The notes under the pieces: model-generated
The model's input: the letters and a program-made list of their open reading frames with translations, nothing else
What the model was told of the DNA's origin: nothing
Databases searched by the model: none
Part shown: piece by piece, positions 62,865 through 64,000 of the stretch
How positions within the stretch are numbered: the stretch's first letter is position 1
Layout of the letters: each line of letters starts with the position of its first letter
Assembly (NCBI RefSeq): GCF_006345805.1
Contig: NC_043018.1
Location: 13,206,001 to 13,270,000, forward strand
DNA: 64,000 nt
Reading direction: 5' to 3'
From: Octopus sinensis
Taxonomy: Eukaryota
Position numbers and translations under genes: made by a program

Positions 62865-63329
62865 GTAATCAATATTTTGTGTTCAAGTTTAGTTCTGGCC
62901 AGTGTTATTCTGTTGCTGCAGTTTCATTCTGGTTGCGAGTCAGGTTTGTTGCTGAGTAGTTTATTGCTGTTGCTTCAATCTGTCAACTTGGCAATGTTTA
63001 TCATACAACTATAGCTAACCTTTATGTTGTTTCTGTTGAACAGTTTATGGGCCTCGTGGCTAGTGGGGTGGGTGGATGGTAGAAATGTTTTATGAATAAT
63101 GCTCTGAAAGTTTTCTGTTTACTTACATAGTATATGTCACTATTATTAACATCCTTTCTGTGACCTCTTTTCCATGCTGATACAGGTAGGACATGACTGT
63201 TTTAACACAGCATCTTGCCATGTGTTGGAATCCACAAAAGAGAGGCCTAGCATCCGTAGATCAGACCTCATCACTTTCATTTGTAGGTTCCACTCTCAGC
63301 ACTGTATCACTTTTTAACCATCTACTGTT

Positions 63330-63690
63330 CTTCAAACTGCACCTGTCTAACACCCATGGACATGTTTACAAAGTAAGAAAACAGCACAGCTCCCATGACT
63401 TCAGGAAACATTTTTTCCAGCTAAGAGTTGCTGAAGCATGGAACAAACGGCCAGCATCAGTTGTTAGTTGTAGGACCACTGCATCCTTCAAAACTTCCAT
63501 GCTTCCTGAGATTCGCCAACACTACACCTGATTTTCTCCCCTACATACACACGCAAACATGTATCTGACTCATACACTGTTCACTTCCCAGACATTTGTA
63601 CATTACTGCATATGCTTTATATGCACTTTTGACAAGTTGTGGTGCACCTGAGCACTGTATACAATAATTTCATTATTATTATTTTTATTA
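63330..63690 (+). mobile_element. CR1-clade LINE 3' end
   Basis: NTHGHVYKVRKQ...FRKHFFQLRVAEAWNKRP...SFKT followed by a 3' UTR and an (ATT)n tail. Confidence 0.88.
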
Positions 63691-63831
63691 TTTCGTATGC
63701 ATTTCTTTGAGGGTCATAAAAACCCTACCAAATCTAACATTTGTGCTTGGCGCAGTCCTGTGGCTTGTTGAATTCTATCAAACTGCTCAACCCGTACCAG
63801 CATGGAAAACAGGCCTTAAATGATTACGATG

Positions 63832-63866
<35 letters not shown>

Positions 63867-64000
63867 ATATATATATATGAATTAAGCACATATATATACT
63901 TGCCTGCTACACACACATATAAATATATGTATACATAAATATATGCTTATAAACATAGTTCAAATTTACAGAAAACAAAAGACGGAGACAGTTGAAGGAA

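Overview
AT-rich eukaryotic DNA saturated with microsatellites and SINEs. It is most consistent with an octopod cephalopod, an inference from repeat content that was not verified. Two + strand protein-coding genes are supported. One is MZT1/MOZART1 (coding exon 15150-15350). The other is the first four coding exons (52746-62864) of a PLEKHJ1-like PH-domain protein that best resembles the N-terminus of protostome INPP4; its third intron must start with GC to keep the frame. The rest is intronic or intergenic: at least six SINE-like families, RTE, CR1 and R4-like LINE remnants, several Penelope-like (GIY-YIG) remnants, Tc1/mariner copies, piggyBac-type and other MITEs, and Helitron-like non-autonomous elements. 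The most unusual signal is a set of minimal hammerhead-ribozyme motifs. They occur in a tRNA-headed SINE family (three copies), in both arms of a ~190-bp palindrome, and behind two Penelope-like remnants. No rRNA, true tRNA gene or CRISPR array is supported. Family names and homologies come from recalled motifs, not database searches, and repeat boundaries are approximate.
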